Assembly (NCBI GenBank): GCA_965228855.1
Contig: CBDDIJ010000003.1
Span: 3,456,001-3,520,000 of the forward strand
DNA: 64,000 nt
Reading direction: 5' to 3'
Source: Candidatus Obscuribacterales bacterium
GTDB lineage: Bacteria; Cyanobacteriota; Vampirovibrionia; Obscuribacterales; Obscuribacteraceae
The stretch's first letter is position 1, and every line of letters starts with the position of its first letter. The notes below the pieces were generated by a model, which was not told the origin of the DNA, ran no database searches, and saw nothing but the letters and a program-made list of their open reading frames with translations. Both the position numbers and the translations under genes were made by a program. Shown piece after piece: positions 1-9,830 of this stretch.

Positions 1-324
1 CTCTCTCCCCGCGTCTGTCGCGCAGATAATCGAGCTGGTCTTGGAATCGACGAAAAATTTCTTGATTACATTGAACTGCTTTATCGTCTTATCGACGATC
101 TTATATTTCCACTGTTCTGGAATCATAGGCAGTTGCGCAATTCGCCACGGCCCGCCCCAAGCCGGGTTCATCTCTTCCGGTTCCGCCAGTGATACCAGAT
201 GACCGAACGCGTACGTGACGACGTAATCATTGCCTTCGTAATAGCCGTCTTTGCGACTGTTCGCCCCGACAACGGCAGCGATGTCTTTTGCAACAGAAGG
301 TTTTTCGGCAAGAACAACTTTCAT
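1..324 (-). CDS. topB: DNA topoisomerase III, N-terminal Toprim part (runs off the window edge)
   Basis: Not in the ORF track. My translation from ATG at 324 gives MKVVLAEKPSVAKDIAAVVGANSRKDGYYEGNDYVVTYAFGHLVSLAEPEE...IICATDAGRE, with the type IA topoisomerase AEKPS, GHL and ATDAGRE motifs in the TopB-like form. Confidence 0.92.
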   Translation of the reverse strand, partial: MKVVLAEKPSVAKDIAAVVGANSRKDGYYEGNDYVVTYAFGHLVSLAEPEEMNPAWGGPWRIAQLPMIPEQWKYKIVDKTIKQFNVIKKFFVDSKTSSIICATDAGRE

Positions 325-506
325 GCGAATACATCCAATACTCTTACAGTTGGCTATTTTTGCCGATCTTGGACAAAAAATAAAGACTTGCCGGATCTAC
401 CTTTTATCCATATACAGATGTGCGGTAATGCGATAGTTTTGCAAGGACTTTGATTAGTAAATTCTCGGTTTTCTTAAACCGGTCTTAACCATGACGCCCG
501 ACAATA

Positions 507-935
507 ATGGCGTGTGGTCAGTTCGGTTACACGATCGAGGTTTTGAACATCATGAGTGACGCTGGTATTCCAGTTAATTTGATTACTCACTACCCGCCCC
601 CTATGCTCTTACCTAAGCAGCTTGCCTCCAACATAGCGTGCATAACGCCTCGCTTAGTTGAACAGTTCAATGACCGGACGGATGAGTCGAGCGCCGAAGA
701 AATGATGTCTTTGCGCTGCGACAACCTTCGTCTGACAGAAGAGTTGGAGCGTGCTCGCATGCATCCAATGTTCGACCCATCTCACGATCGCGTCAACGTC
801 GATCACAGGTTGTGGCTGCGGCAACAAAATGATCTTCGCAGCTTGCAAGATTACAAAACACGCTATTACGTGTGCGCATTCATTATGCTGTTGATCGTGG
901 TTCGATTCTGTTTGCACTTCATCGCCCACATTTGA
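507..935 (+). CDS. hypothetical protein with C-terminal hydrophobic helix
   Basis: 142-aa ORF (start could be the internal ATG near 552) with a C-terminal TM-like segment YYVCAFIMLLIVVRFCLHFIA. It fills the gap between two minus-strand genes. Confidence 0.5.
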   Translation: MACGQFGYTIEVLNIMSDAGIPVNLITHYPPPMLLPKQLASNIACITPRLVEQFNDRTDESSAEEMMSLRCDNLRLTEELERARMHPMFDPSHDRVNVDHRLWLRQQNDLRSLQDYKTRYYVCAFIMLLIVVRFCLHFIAHI

Positions 936-936
936 G

Positions 937-1650
937 TTAAAAACCGGATGTAGATGCTGGATGCATTTCGGTATGATAGCCCATCGGGAAGCCCTCCGGA
1001 TGTTCGTCTACCCAATGTCCCTTTGTTCGCATCCGATCTTCATCCAGCCAAACTTTGCGATTGATGTCGGCGTACCCGTCAGGAAATTGCTCCTGTTGCA
1101 CATTCTTGACCCAGAGGTTTCTGATCGGTAGACGTTCGTAATACGAACCGACTTCCCCGGATTGGCTCTGCTCAGGCATTCCGAGAAACTCGTCACGTCC
1201 CCACGCATCAGGCATGACCGAACCGTGCCCTGTCGTCAATCCAACATTGCGTTCTCCACGAATGCCATTATTGATCCGATGAGCTTCTGTAAAAAACATA
1301 TATGGGGGCAGTTGTCCGCCACGTGACTCATCTCCGTAAATCAGCTCGGCGTCAGCACCTGCATTGAGGACAAAGCTGTCTATCCGAGTTGGCGGCAGTC
1401 CATTTCGCATACCGCTCACTTGAGGCACGTAACTGAGAGTGGTGGCACCGGTCGGACGAAGAGCGACACGCTGTTGATTGGTAAAGCGCGAGCGGTTTCC
1501 GCCCATTGCAGTGTTCGAGAGCGACTGCGCAAACCGTTTTCCAGAGGAGGCTTTAAAACTTTGCGCGTCTGCCGGTTGAACCGCCAGCGATACCATCATG
1601 GTCAGAAGAACGATGGCAGCTCCCGGAGCGAAGCGAAGAATCTCTCTCAT
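937..1650 (-). CDS. hypothetical secreted protein
   Basis: ATG at 1650 preceded by GAGG. Signal-peptide-like N-terminus MREILRFAPGAAIVLLTMMVSLAVQPADA. Confidence 0.7.
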   Translation of the reverse strand: MREILRFAPGAAIVLLTMMVSLAVQPADAQSFKASSGKRFAQSLSNTAMGGNRSRFTNQQRVALRPTGATTLSYVPQVSGMRNGLPPTRIDSFVLNAGADAELIYGDESRGGQLPPYMFFTEAHRINNGIRGERNVGLTTGHGSVMPDAWGRDEFLGMPEQSQSGEVGSYYERLPIRNLWVKNVQQEQFPDGYADINRKVWLDEDRMRTKGHWVDEHPEGFPMGYHTEMHPASTSGF

Positions 1651-1844
1651 AATAATAACCTCGAGTGAGGACGAGTTGAAACAAAGCAAAGACAGTTCTT
1701 TTGCCTTTTGTCGACGTTGTTTCAAACTCGTTTAGCTAGTAAAAGTGTGAAAGTGTATACGAGCCGTTAACACCTAGACTATAGGCAGGCTTTGAGAGCT
1801 AATGGTGAAACTCAAATGCACAAAATCTGCACAATCGCGAAGTA

Positions 1845-2339
1845 TCAAGCCTTCGCTCTATTAGCCTCAACCATCTCTCGCATCCGGGGATGGTCACCCT
1901 CAATCGTCTTGATCCAACCTTCAAATTCAGGTACAGGCTCACCAACACGGAAGAGGAAATAATAGACACTCATTTCGCCGAGGAAACTAAACCGCTTTCT
2001 GATGTCCGCGACCAGCTCTTCATAAGTTTTTTTCGAGCGCAAATAATTCTGAAAACCACCGTGGGCTTTGTCCATTGCAAGAATAGTCCTTGCGTTTTTG
2101 ATCGTCGCAACGATTTTCTTTTTACTGTGCATGACATTAGGCTCAGTCATTAGCCTCTCTATATCAGCGTCTTCGAAACTCGAAATTGTTTCGACGTCGA
2201 AATCCTTGAAAGCCTTTTTGTAATACTCCCATCTGTTATCAATCTGCGCCCAACTGACACCAGCCTGAAAAACAGCTTGAGTTATTACCTCTAAATAGTC
2301 ATTCAATCGAGTAGGCGTAATTTGCTCAGGAATTGCCAT
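1845..2339 (-). CDS. DNA-3-methyladenine glycosylase I (Tag/Adenine_glyco) family protein
   Basis: FQAGVSW, AFKDFD and KKIVATIKNAR segments match the Tag family (FQAGLSW...AFxxFD...KIxAxIxNA). Confidence 0.8.
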   Translation of the reverse strand: MAIPEQITPTRLNDYLEVITQAVFQAGVSWAQIDNRWEYYKKAFKDFDVETISSFEDADIERLMTEPNVMHSKKKIVATIKNARTILAMDKAHGGFQNYLRSKKTYEELVADIRKRFSFLGEMSVYYFLFRVGEPVPEFEGWIKTIEGDHPRMREMVEANRAKA

Positions 2340-2412
2340 GCGCGTCCTTTGTTTAATAACCCATCGCCTAAAAGAATAGCACTGACGGCTGTCACGATTG
2401 CCGCCAGGAACA

Positions 2413-2430
2413 CATAGGGTTATCCCTATG
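2413..2430. promoter_or_regulatory. inverted repeat in the divergent promoter region (candidate TF operator)
   Basis: CATAGGG-TTAT-CCCTATG with perfect 7-bp arms, between the divergent 2339 and 2477 starts. Confidence 0.35.
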
Positions 2431-2476
2431 CGTTTTCTGGGGCAGCGCTCGTCGCTCTGCGCGTCAGTGAGGAGCT

Positions 2477-4882
2477 ATGCTGAGCCTAATCCTATCCAAT
2501 TTGACGGAGCGAATGCGTATGGCGCCGGATGACAAAAACTCCCTGACTACTCGCGAGCGGCTTGAATTCATGCTGGACAACGATTGTCCCGGCTCAACCG
2601 ACCATGGAAAGACGGGACCTACATCAGCGAATGGTTTAATTGAAACGCCTTCACAGAGGCGAGCATTTCTTGCGGGCGTCGCCTTCAGCGGTTTATTGGC
2701 GAGCAGCATCCTGCTTACCCATTATATTGATGGCAGATTGCAGCCTTCCGCAACAGAAGGCAGCTCCGCGTCGACTCGAAGGGTTGACGCCGTTGCGGCG
2801 ACTGGAACAGCCGGTACAACAGTGCCGGCTGTTTTGGCCGCATCTTCCATATCCCCCGCTCATAGTCCACTTACGAGTACACCGCCGCCTTCACATCCAG
2901 ACCCCCTGCCCGGTACGGGTCCGGCGCCCTCCAGTTTCATCTCTGACTCAGTACCACCACCTGTGCCACCATCTGAAAGCAAACCGCTATCAAAAATTTC
3001 CGGTTTGAGTACATCACGTTCAGTAATCACAGGCGTCGCAGATCCCCAGACCCTGACCGCGTCCTACTACTGGACCTTTACACTGAAAAACACCACGCGC
3101 TCCCAGCAAGAAGCGCAGATGAAAATTTCATTGCCTGACGGCGCCGTCGTTTCCCGCGCCACTCTGTGGATAAACGGCAAGGCACAAGAAGCTGCGTTCA
3201 ATTCGACAGAGACAGTAGAACAGGCTTACGACTGGATCGTAACCATGCATCGCGATCCCTTACTTATAAAACAAATAGATTCAAAACATATAAATGTGAA
3301 GGCATCACCAGTGATGCCCAATAAGGAAATGAAGATTCGAATTGGCATGACGGTTCCGATGACCGCGGCAGCTGACGGCTCAACACAGATGAAGTTTCCG
3401 CAAATCAGCGAAGCTAATCTGGACACCTCATGCGTCCAAAACATCCACATAACTTCGGACACGCCTATTTCTGGGAACAACACGCACCTGACCGCGACGC
3501 CGCACAAAGCCGGCTATTTACTGAAAGGAAACCTGACGACAGAAGACTTGAGCACTCTGCAAGTAACGATGGCAAGAAATTCGCAGCTGACACGCTTCGC
3601 TACAAGGGCGACGCATTCGTTTCCTCCGACCTTCATCATTGGTGAACTAAAACCGGACAATCAGGGTCTGAACAAGCTGATACTCAGCAAGGAAGAACTG
3701 AAACCGGATTGCCCTGTCCTGAACGATGACGATGCTGCATTTCGCCTGTCGTATCTTTGGGCAAAAGAAGAGATCGATCGCTTGATTCAAGACGGCGACC
3801 GGTATCAGGCCGTGGAGCTGGCAACCGTTTATCGAGTAGTCTCACCGGTTTCAGGCGCCGTTGTTTTAGAAAGGAACAGTGATTACGAATACAACGGCTT
3901 GGATCGGAATTTGTATCGTTCAATGTCTTACAGCAGACGGATGGCACCACAACAAATGCTCGAAGGAGAAGCCCAGGGTAGTGCAGGAGGTGCAGGAGGT
4001 GCAGGTGGTGCAGGTGGTTCGCCATTCGCTTACGATAAGACACCTCGGCCCTCTGCCGCACCTCAATCCGCGCCATCTCCTGACGCTTCGAAATCGAGTT
4101 CCTATCGAGCTACCGATGATCTATCAGCTGTCAGTGAGTCTTCGAAATTGTGGGCAACTGACTCTGTACATACGAAGCGTCGCTCTCAAACACATGCCGA
4201 AGCTAAGCAGCCGGGTCAGAGCAACGTTGTTGTATCACGCGCGGGCGCGGGTGCAACTGCACCTGCACGCAAAGCCGAACACGAACAGAGAGCATTATCC
4301 GCGGCATCAATGCCCGCGCCTTCGCCGATGATGGAAGCGAATAAAGCAACCACAAGCACCGAAAGAGATACCAACTTCAATTACTCGACCTCTCACGATG
4401 AGGAAAGCCAACGCGCTGCGACGGGAACGCTTCGGCTGAAAGCACCGACGCCAGGAAGGCTGGAGGCGGAACCAGTGAAGCCCGAGGTAGCCAGCGCGGA
4501 AACACCGTCTGACCGCCTGGTGAAACTTGCAGGACCTGTTGCAAATTGGCTGCAGCACAGCAGCGCCTTACGGGAAAACACCACGTTGGCAACAACGCTT
4601 CTCCTGGCATGTATCGGGCTGACCTTTGCGGGCGGTCTGGGACTATTGATAGTGGCAGCAATGCGCGGTTGCTTAAAACAACGAGGTGCTATGCAGCTTG
4701 CAGCTGCAGGAATTACCTGGCTATTTCTGGCAGCATGGTGGCCGTTATTCAGCCAGGTGACTTTTGTAGTATTCGGTTTAGCCTTCTTAGCGCAAATAAC
4801 GTGGAATAAAGCGAAACATCTAACTGTCGGAGGTCGAAGACTGGATGCACCGTCCGCGGTGCAACACCTGCGGACAAGATAG
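2477..4882 (+). CDS. VIT (vault protein inter-alpha-trypsin) domain membrane protein
   Basis: WTFTLKN...QQEAQMKISLPDGAVVSRATLWING...RDPLL is VIT-like. One N-terminal TM helix, a Pro/Ser-rich linker, a YRVVSPVSGAVVLE segment and about three C-terminal TM helices. Confidence 0.75.
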   Translation: MLSLILSNLTERMRMAPDDKNSLTTRERLEFMLDNDCPGSTDHGKTGPTSANGLIETPSQRRAFLAGVAFSGLLASSILLTHYIDGRLQPSATEGSSASTRRVDAVAATGTAGTTVPAVLAASSISPAHSPLTSTPPPSHPDPLPGTGPAPSSFISDSVPPPVPPSESKPLSKISGLSTSRSVITGVADPQTLTASYYWTFTLKNTTRSQQEAQMKISLPDGAVVSRATLWINGKAQEAAFNSTETVEQAYDWIVTMHRDPLLIKQIDSKHINVKASPVMPNKEMKIRIGMTVPMTAAADGSTQMKFPQISEANLDTSCVQNIHITSDTPISGNNTHLTATPHKAGYLLKGNLTTEDLSTLQVTMARNSQLTRFATRATHSFPPTFIIGELKPDNQGLNKLILSKEELKPDCPVLNDDDAAFRLSYLWAKEEIDRLIQDGDRYQAVELATVYRVVSPVSGAVVLERNSDYEYNGLDRNLYRSMSYSRRMAPQQMLEGEAQGSAGGAGGAGGAGGSPFAYDKTPRPSAAPQSAPSPDASKSSSYRATDDLSAVSESSKLWATDSVHTKRRSQTHAEAKQPGQSNVVVSRAGAGATAPARKAEHEQRALSAASMPAPSPMMEANKATTSTERDTNFNYSTSHDEESQRAATGTLRLKAPTPGRLEAEPVKPEVASAETPSDRLVKLAGPVANWLQHSSALRENTTLATTLLLACIGLTFAGGLGLLIVAAMRGCLKQRGAMQLAAAGITWLFLAAWWPLFSQVTFVVFGLAFLAQITWNKAKHLTVGGRRLDAPSAVQHLRTR

Positions 4883-4892
4883 TAGCCTTCTA

Positions 4893-7148
4893 TCAATCAC
4901 CGCTCTCGAGCGGTTCGAGCGATTCCATCACTTCCGAGCCGGCATCGGAATCGCCCTGCAAACGAACCCCCGGATGTTCCTTTTTAAACCGAAGACGCGC
5001 GATTTTGCTGATTCCCGGACAACCGGTAAGCACGACGAATCGAAGTTTCTGACACTTCGAGAGCTTTGCCAGGCCGGCATCGGTGATGCGTGGATTTTGA
5101 GCCAGCCAGAGAGTGTTTAGCTTGGGCAATGTAACAAGCATTTCCAGATTTTCGTCGGTGAGATCCAAATTGCCTAAACGCAAATGGGCCAAGTTTCTAA
5201 ATTTCACCACATACGGTATCACTGAGTTGTCTAGTTTTGTCCCTGTGAGATCAAGAAAAGATAGTTGCTGCAAAGGAACTAAGCGAGCGATGTCGGAAAC
5301 TTTAATATTTCTCGCATTGTAAAGACTGAGCAGCGACAATTTCGTCAGTTTCGAGATAGACTCAATTGAACCATCGGGCACAGTCATCACGTTGAGGTTA
5401 AGTCCCTGCAACGCAGGTAATGTAGTGAGTTCACGCATACCGGCAGCAGTTATCTTTGACTCAATGCAGATTCGTAAAACTGCGAGCGTCTTCAACTCCG
5501 ATATGACCTTCAAACCCTCGTCGGTAAGTCCGGTTGACTTAATCGAAATCTCCTTCACCCCGCGCCCGCGAAGGGAATCAAAGCCGGTTCCCGTCACGAA
5601 ATCAGTCAGGCTGACGTTGATGTGTGATAGATCTTTCTCTTTCAGAAGCTGCTTGAAGTCTTCGTCTTTCAAATTCGGTCCGGAAGTCCAGCCGATATTT
5701 CCAGTGCCATCCAGTCCCTCGTACCAGGTGTCGGATTCTAAAGTATCGATAGCGTCGCCCAACTTGGGCTCCTCGTAAGCTCTTGGCTTAGTGGCGGTGT
5801 CAACGGTCTCACTATTCTTTTGCTCCCCTCGAAAAATGAATGCACCAGCCGCGGTGCAGACTAAGAGAATTACAATTGCTGCTATGGCTAGCTGCTTGCC
5901 TCCGTACGCAGACGCAGTCGCCGTCGAACCAAGCACTTCGGAGGTCTCTTCAATTTGATTGTTGAAAAACTGCGTTGACTCCAAATTGCCGACTTCAATC
6001 AAAGCTTGTTTGAGGTCAGCAAAGTTTTGAAATCGGTCAGCCGGAGATTTTTCCAGACACGTTGCAATTACGTCATCGATCGCCTCTGAAAACACGTTTG
6101 AGTCCAGAAATTCGCTCAATGCCGGCGGAGGCGTATGCGCATGCATCGACAAAATCTCGAGCGCAGTGGGAGCCTCGAACGGCAACCTCCCGGTCAAGAC
6201 TTCGAACATTACGCAGCCAAAAGAATAAATTTCCGACCGCTCGTCAAAAGCCAAACCTTTTACCTGGTCGGGACTCATATAGGCTGGAGAACCGGCTGCA
6301 GAATTGTCCTGCTGGTCAGCCTCCTGGCGAAGCACGCCCACACCGAAATCTATTAGCCAGGGCCGCAATTCACCTGTGGAGGTGCCACCAACTATGATAT
6401 TAGTCGGTTTAACATCGCGGTGAAAAAGGTTGCGCTTATGCGCGTAGTTCAAAGCATCGCATAGCTGAACAAAGATCGGCAATGCCTCGTCGATGTCGAT
6501 TGAGCCTCGTTGAACAAGCAATTCGTCCAAACTGTGACCGTCAACAAATTCGATGACCATGTAAGGGAAGTTACCGTCGCTGACGCCGAAGTCAAAAACC
6601 TTGGCGATGTTTGGATGCTCGAATTGGCTTGTCGCCTTTGCTTCGCGTTGAAATGCTATCAGCTGTTCGCTCGTCAAATTATTTAAAACCTTAACAGCTA
6701 CTTTCTTTTTCAGCAGGCGATCCCGGCACAGATACACGGTTCCACTGGCTCCCATGCCAATCCGGCGCAACGGTTGATATCGTTCAACAGGGAAACTGCT
6801 CTTATCGACCGCTATTTCTGTCAGTTGATCGGATGCATCTTCTTTTTCACTTTCGCCCTGAAGAGGCACATCGAGAGTGGCTTGATCTGAAGACGCAATC
6901 CATGATGGCTTGTCACAAGCACAGATGTCCGCCCGAAAGATCCACTGGGTAAGCGTACCCGCTCTTCCGATTTCACTTCGCTTGCCGCAGTGAGCGCAAA
7001 TGTTGATTGGAGAAGCAAGGGTCTTATCAGACTCAGGGCGATTGCAATGGCAAACCTTAATCCACTGAGTCAGACTCCCAGAGCCTTTCTTCTCGAGTGG
7101 CATGTGACACTTAGGACAATTTTTTATCTCTTCTAAATCGCTGGTCAT
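4893..7148 (-). CDS. Hanks-type Ser/Thr kinase with N-terminal Cys-rich repeats, TM helix and C-terminal LRRs
   Basis: GMGASGTVY, VAVKVL, HRDVKPTN and DFG motifs; TM segment LAIAAIVILLVCTAAGAFIF; RI-like LRRs (LxxLxL...ITDAGL). Confidence 0.9.
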   Translation of the reverse strand: MTSDLEEIKNCPKCHMPLEKKGSGSLTQWIKVCHCNRPESDKTLASPINICAHCGKRSEIGRAGTLTQWIFRADICACDKPSWIASSDQATLDVPLQGESEKEDASDQLTEIAVDKSSFPVERYQPLRRIGMGASGTVYLCRDRLLKKKVAVKVLNNLTSEQLIAFQREAKATSQFEHPNIAKVFDFGVSDGNFPYMVIEFVDGHSLDELLVQRGSIDIDEALPIFVQLCDALNYAHKRNLFHRDVKPTNIIVGGTSTGELRPWLIDFGVGVLRQEADQQDNSAAGSPAYMSPDQVKGLAFDERSEIYSFGCVMFEVLTGRLPFEAPTALEILSMHAHTPPPALSEFLDSNVFSEAIDDVIATCLEKSPADRFQNFADLKQALIEVGNLESTQFFNNQIEETSEVLGSTATASAYGGKQLAIAAIVILLVCTAAGAFIFRGEQKNSETVDTATKPRAYEEPKLGDAIDTLESDTWYEGLDGTGNIGWTSGPNLKDEDFKQLLKEKDLSHINVSLTDFVTGTGFDSLRGRGVKEISIKSTGLTDEGLKVISELKTLAVLRICIESKITAAGMRELTTLPALQGLNLNVMTVPDGSIESISKLTKLSLLSLYNARNIKVSDIARLVPLQQLSFLDLTGTKLDNSVIPYVVKFRNLAHLRLGNLDLTDENLEMLVTLPKLNTLWLAQNPRITDAGLAKLSKCQKLRFVVLTGCPGISKIARLRFKKEHPGVRLQGDSDAGSEVMESLEPLESGD

Positions 7149-7243
7149 GGTGTGTAAAATCGCCGATCCAATGGAATATACCCGTTGCGGCGACCCGGTG
7201 CGCTGGTGTTATTATTGAAACGTATAGAACCCGGGCAGAATCG

Positions 7244-7921
7244 ATGGTCGCAGTTTCCGAAAAGCAAAGCGAACAGCTTCAAAAAGGAAAGAAACGGTGG
7301 CTCTGGCTGTTGCTTCTTCCCATCCTGCCGCTCTGCGCCATGGTGCTCATCTATCTGGAAGTCGAAAGTCATCAGGGCTCCATTTACGAAAGTCGCAATG
7401 TCGAGAGTGTTCCTCAAATGCCTGCAGCGATTGTGTTTGGAGCTGGGATAAATTCGCGTGAGTTTCACGACCGAGTTAGAACGGCAGTGTCGCTTTACAA
7501 GTCAGGAAAAGTTGCCAAACTTCTCATGACCGGCGACAACCGCCATATGAATTACAACGAGCCAATCGCTATGAAAAAGGCGGCGGTTTCACTGGGAGTG
7601 CCCGAGCAAGACATCACCTGTGATTTTGCTGGGTTCCGCACCTACGATAGCATCTACAGAGCGCGCGATATTTTTGGGCTTCGGCAAGCCATTCTGGTTA
7701 CGCAGCGTTATCATCTACCTCGGGCAATTTTTCTGGCTCAAAGCCTTGGGCTGGAGGTAGTAGGCGTAGACGCCGCGGTTCGCTCGTACGGAGCCTGGCA
7801 AAAATGGTACGACCTGCGCGAGATTGCAGCGGCCGAAGCGGCCTGGCTAGACGTAATGACCCAGCGGAAACCAAAATTTCTCGGCAAAAAGGAACCTTTA
7901 TTTCCAGAAGCAGAGGGGTAA
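7244..7921 (+). CDS. SanA/YdcF (DUF218) family protein
   Basis: N-terminal TM helix, AIVFGAG, LLMTGDN...YNEP, DFAGFRTYDS and VTQRYHLPRA. Confidence 0.9.
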   Translation: MVAVSEKQSEQLQKGKKRWLWLLLLPILPLCAMVLIYLEVESHQGSIYESRNVESVPQMPAAIVFGAGINSREFHDRVRTAVSLYKSGKVAKLLMTGDNRHMNYNEPIAMKKAAVSLGVPEQDITCDFAGFRTYDSIYRARDIFGLRQAILVTQRYHLPRAIFLAQSLGLEVVGVDAAVRSYGAWQKWYDLREIAAAEAAWLDVMTQRKPKFLGKKEPLFPEAEG

Positions 7922-7927
7922 CCCAGC

Positions 7928-9547
7928 TCAGTTATTGAAGATCGCGAAAGACGGCGCCATTCCCTTCGCCAATTCTTTCGCAGCCTGGGCAGCTGATACG
8001 ACGACACCGACCTCTTCGCATGTATGTGGAATCGATGCAGCCCCGATTGAAACTACAGCGGAGTTCTCAGGCCAACCGGGCAGCAAAGGCGTGGAAGTCA
8101 GAGCAGACCAGAGCATCGCACCAAACTTCTTCAAAGCCCACGGATCAGCCGTCGAAACCAGGAGAGCAAAATCGCTTCCGTTGATGTATGCAGCACAGTC
8201 TGCTGCTGGGAGAACAGCGGTAATTCGCTGACCGATCGCCTGCAGCGCCTCTGGAGGAAGAGGCATAGACTGATTGTTTTGCTTCAGGGTGACTTCGCAG
8301 ATTAAGAAGGAAAAGCCGGTCTTGTTTTTCTCAAAGCGGTTGAATTCTTTCATCAGGAAAAACAGGAACGAATCGAAAAGCATCAAGCCCGTTCTTGAGT
8401 CCATTAGTCGAGCGTACACCGCATTGATCATATTAGGATCAAACGTAACCGGCGCCGGCAGAGGCATTCTGGGTGTGGTCGGCTCAGGTGGCAGTCGCTG
8501 TTCGCTGAGTGGTGCACCGGATGTAGTATCAGGAGCCGGAGGCTGATTACCAAATATGCCGCTCATATCAAAATTTACTTTCTTGACGTCGCCGGCATTG
8601 TCACTGCCTTGATAGACAGGATCGACATTGGGCACTTCTTGGGGCGCAGGCGGCACGGGTTGCTGATACTGCGCCATTTGTCCGGACACTTGCTGAAATG
8701 GTGTGACTTGTTGCGACTCCGCCATCTGCTGCGCGACGGTCTGCGATGGTTGCTGCCCTTGCGCGCGCATGGAGGCGTTAAATTCGGCAGAATCGAAACC
8801 CGCCAGCTTAGGAGGCATCAAAATCTTGGAATTCTGAGGGTCCACACCAGAAGGCTGAAAAGGCGCCTGCCGCCCAGAGGCGCTCTGCTCTGAGAATCCT
8901 TGATGCGGAATTGAGCCGCTTCTCTCCTGGGCCGCTTGGTTTGCAGCTCCCTGCGGGTTCCAAGCCGGTGTCTGCTGAGAAATAGAAGGATCACCGAAGC
9001 CCTTGGAGGGAATACCGCCGCCAAATCCAGCGGGTTGACTGGGTACGCGATTATGTGTGGTGGAGCCGCCTGGTGCACCACCAAACCCCATTGATGCAGC
9101 TGGAATTTGCTGTGAGCTGGCGTAGTTACTTTCGTCCTGGTAACCGTCGTACTGTTCGACCTCACCAGACTGCTCGTATTCCGGAACGTATGGAGCCTGG
9201 TAGCCACTGGACTGGTTGTCAGCGTTGGCGATGGAATCGTAAGCCGATTCGGTCTTGATTTTGTTCTGGATCATCATCACATCCGCGCTATCACGCGTCC
9301 AGACGACTTTAGAACTGGGTCCGCCGTCCCCTCTGATAAACGTCCATTTCGGAGTGGCATTGCCCGACTGCTGAACCTTGATCACGAACAGATAACGATT
9401 GTTCTCGAACGGCATCTCAATTGGCTTGCCATGCTTTTTACATTCGGCCAGAGCGTACCTCAAGTCTTCAGTGGTCGGAACCGAACTCATTTTGGACAGT
9501 TTGTGAGACTTTGGCGTACCGCCGCTGAACGAACCTTGCAAGGCCAT
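7928..9547 (-). CDS. protein with degenerate C-terminal GGDEF-like domain and Gln/Pro-rich linker
   Basis: DSRTGL (D.LTGL-like), EFNRFEK, AAYINGSDFALL in place of RYGGDEF, and VSIGAA. Long low-complexity central region. Confidence 0.65.
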   Translation of the reverse strand: MALQGSFSGGTPKSHKLSKMSSVPTTEDLRYALAECKKHGKPIEMPFENNRYLFVIKVQQSGNATPKWTFIRGDGGPSSKVVWTRDSADVMMIQNKIKTESAYDSIANADNQSSGYQAPYVPEYEQSGEVEQYDGYQDESNYASSQQIPAASMGFGGAPGGSTTHNRVPSQPAGFGGGIPSKGFGDPSISQQTPAWNPQGAANQAAQERSGSIPHQGFSEQSASGRQAPFQPSGVDPQNSKILMPPKLAGFDSAEFNASMRAQGQQPSQTVAQQMAESQQVTPFQQVSGQMAQYQQPVPPAPQEVPNVDPVYQGSDNAGDVKKVNFDMSGIFGNQPPAPDTTSGAPLSEQRLPPEPTTPRMPLPAPVTFDPNMINAVYARLMDSRTGLMLFDSFLFFLMKEFNRFEKNKTGFSFLICEVTLKQNNQSMPLPPEALQAIGQRITAVLPAADCAAYINGSDFALLVSTADPWALKKFGAMLWSALTSTPLLPGWPENSAVVSIGAASIPHTCEEVGVVVSAAQAAKELAKGMAPSFAIFNN

Positions 9548-9830
9548 TTGCTTCTAAACTCCTGACGGGGGGCTGGGTGACGAAGATTCACCCGAGCGAA
9601 TACGGTCCTCGAGACTCCGACAGACTGGAGCATCAGAGTATTTGATCTTATCATTCCCCTCTGAGCGCTACCAAAACCCTGGCAGCACTGAGTTACAAAG
9701 TCGCACAGACTGGTGCCTTTTACCTGCTCGTCAGCATTTTGTTTCGAAAACTGGACGGGGACGGAAGGCGTGGGTCAAAAAAAATAGCTTTCGTTTAAAC
9801 GTCTTTTCTTAAAATGTTTCGGAATCTGGT

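Noticed and set aside
429..443. TGC-N9-GCA upstream of topB as another WYL box
   Set aside because: Only the 3-bp cores match, and there is no TANNNT at the 10-bp spacing in either direction.
199..453. Plus-strand ORFs 199-453 and 251-436
   Set aside because: They overlap the minus-strand topB start, which has clear motifs.
1817..1831. TGCACAAAATCTGCA as another WYL box
   Set aside because: Weak core match, no correctly spaced -10, and it lies downstream of the glycosylase gene.
3983..4018. GCAGG(A/T)GGT x4 tandem repeat
   Set aside because: In-frame Ala-Gly-Gly linker in the VIT protein; a 9-bp unit cannot phase-vary the frame.
9548..9830. c-di-GMP riboswitch upstream of the GGDEF-like gene
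   Set aside because: Some short hairpins are present, but no recognisable GEMM consensus on the minus strand.
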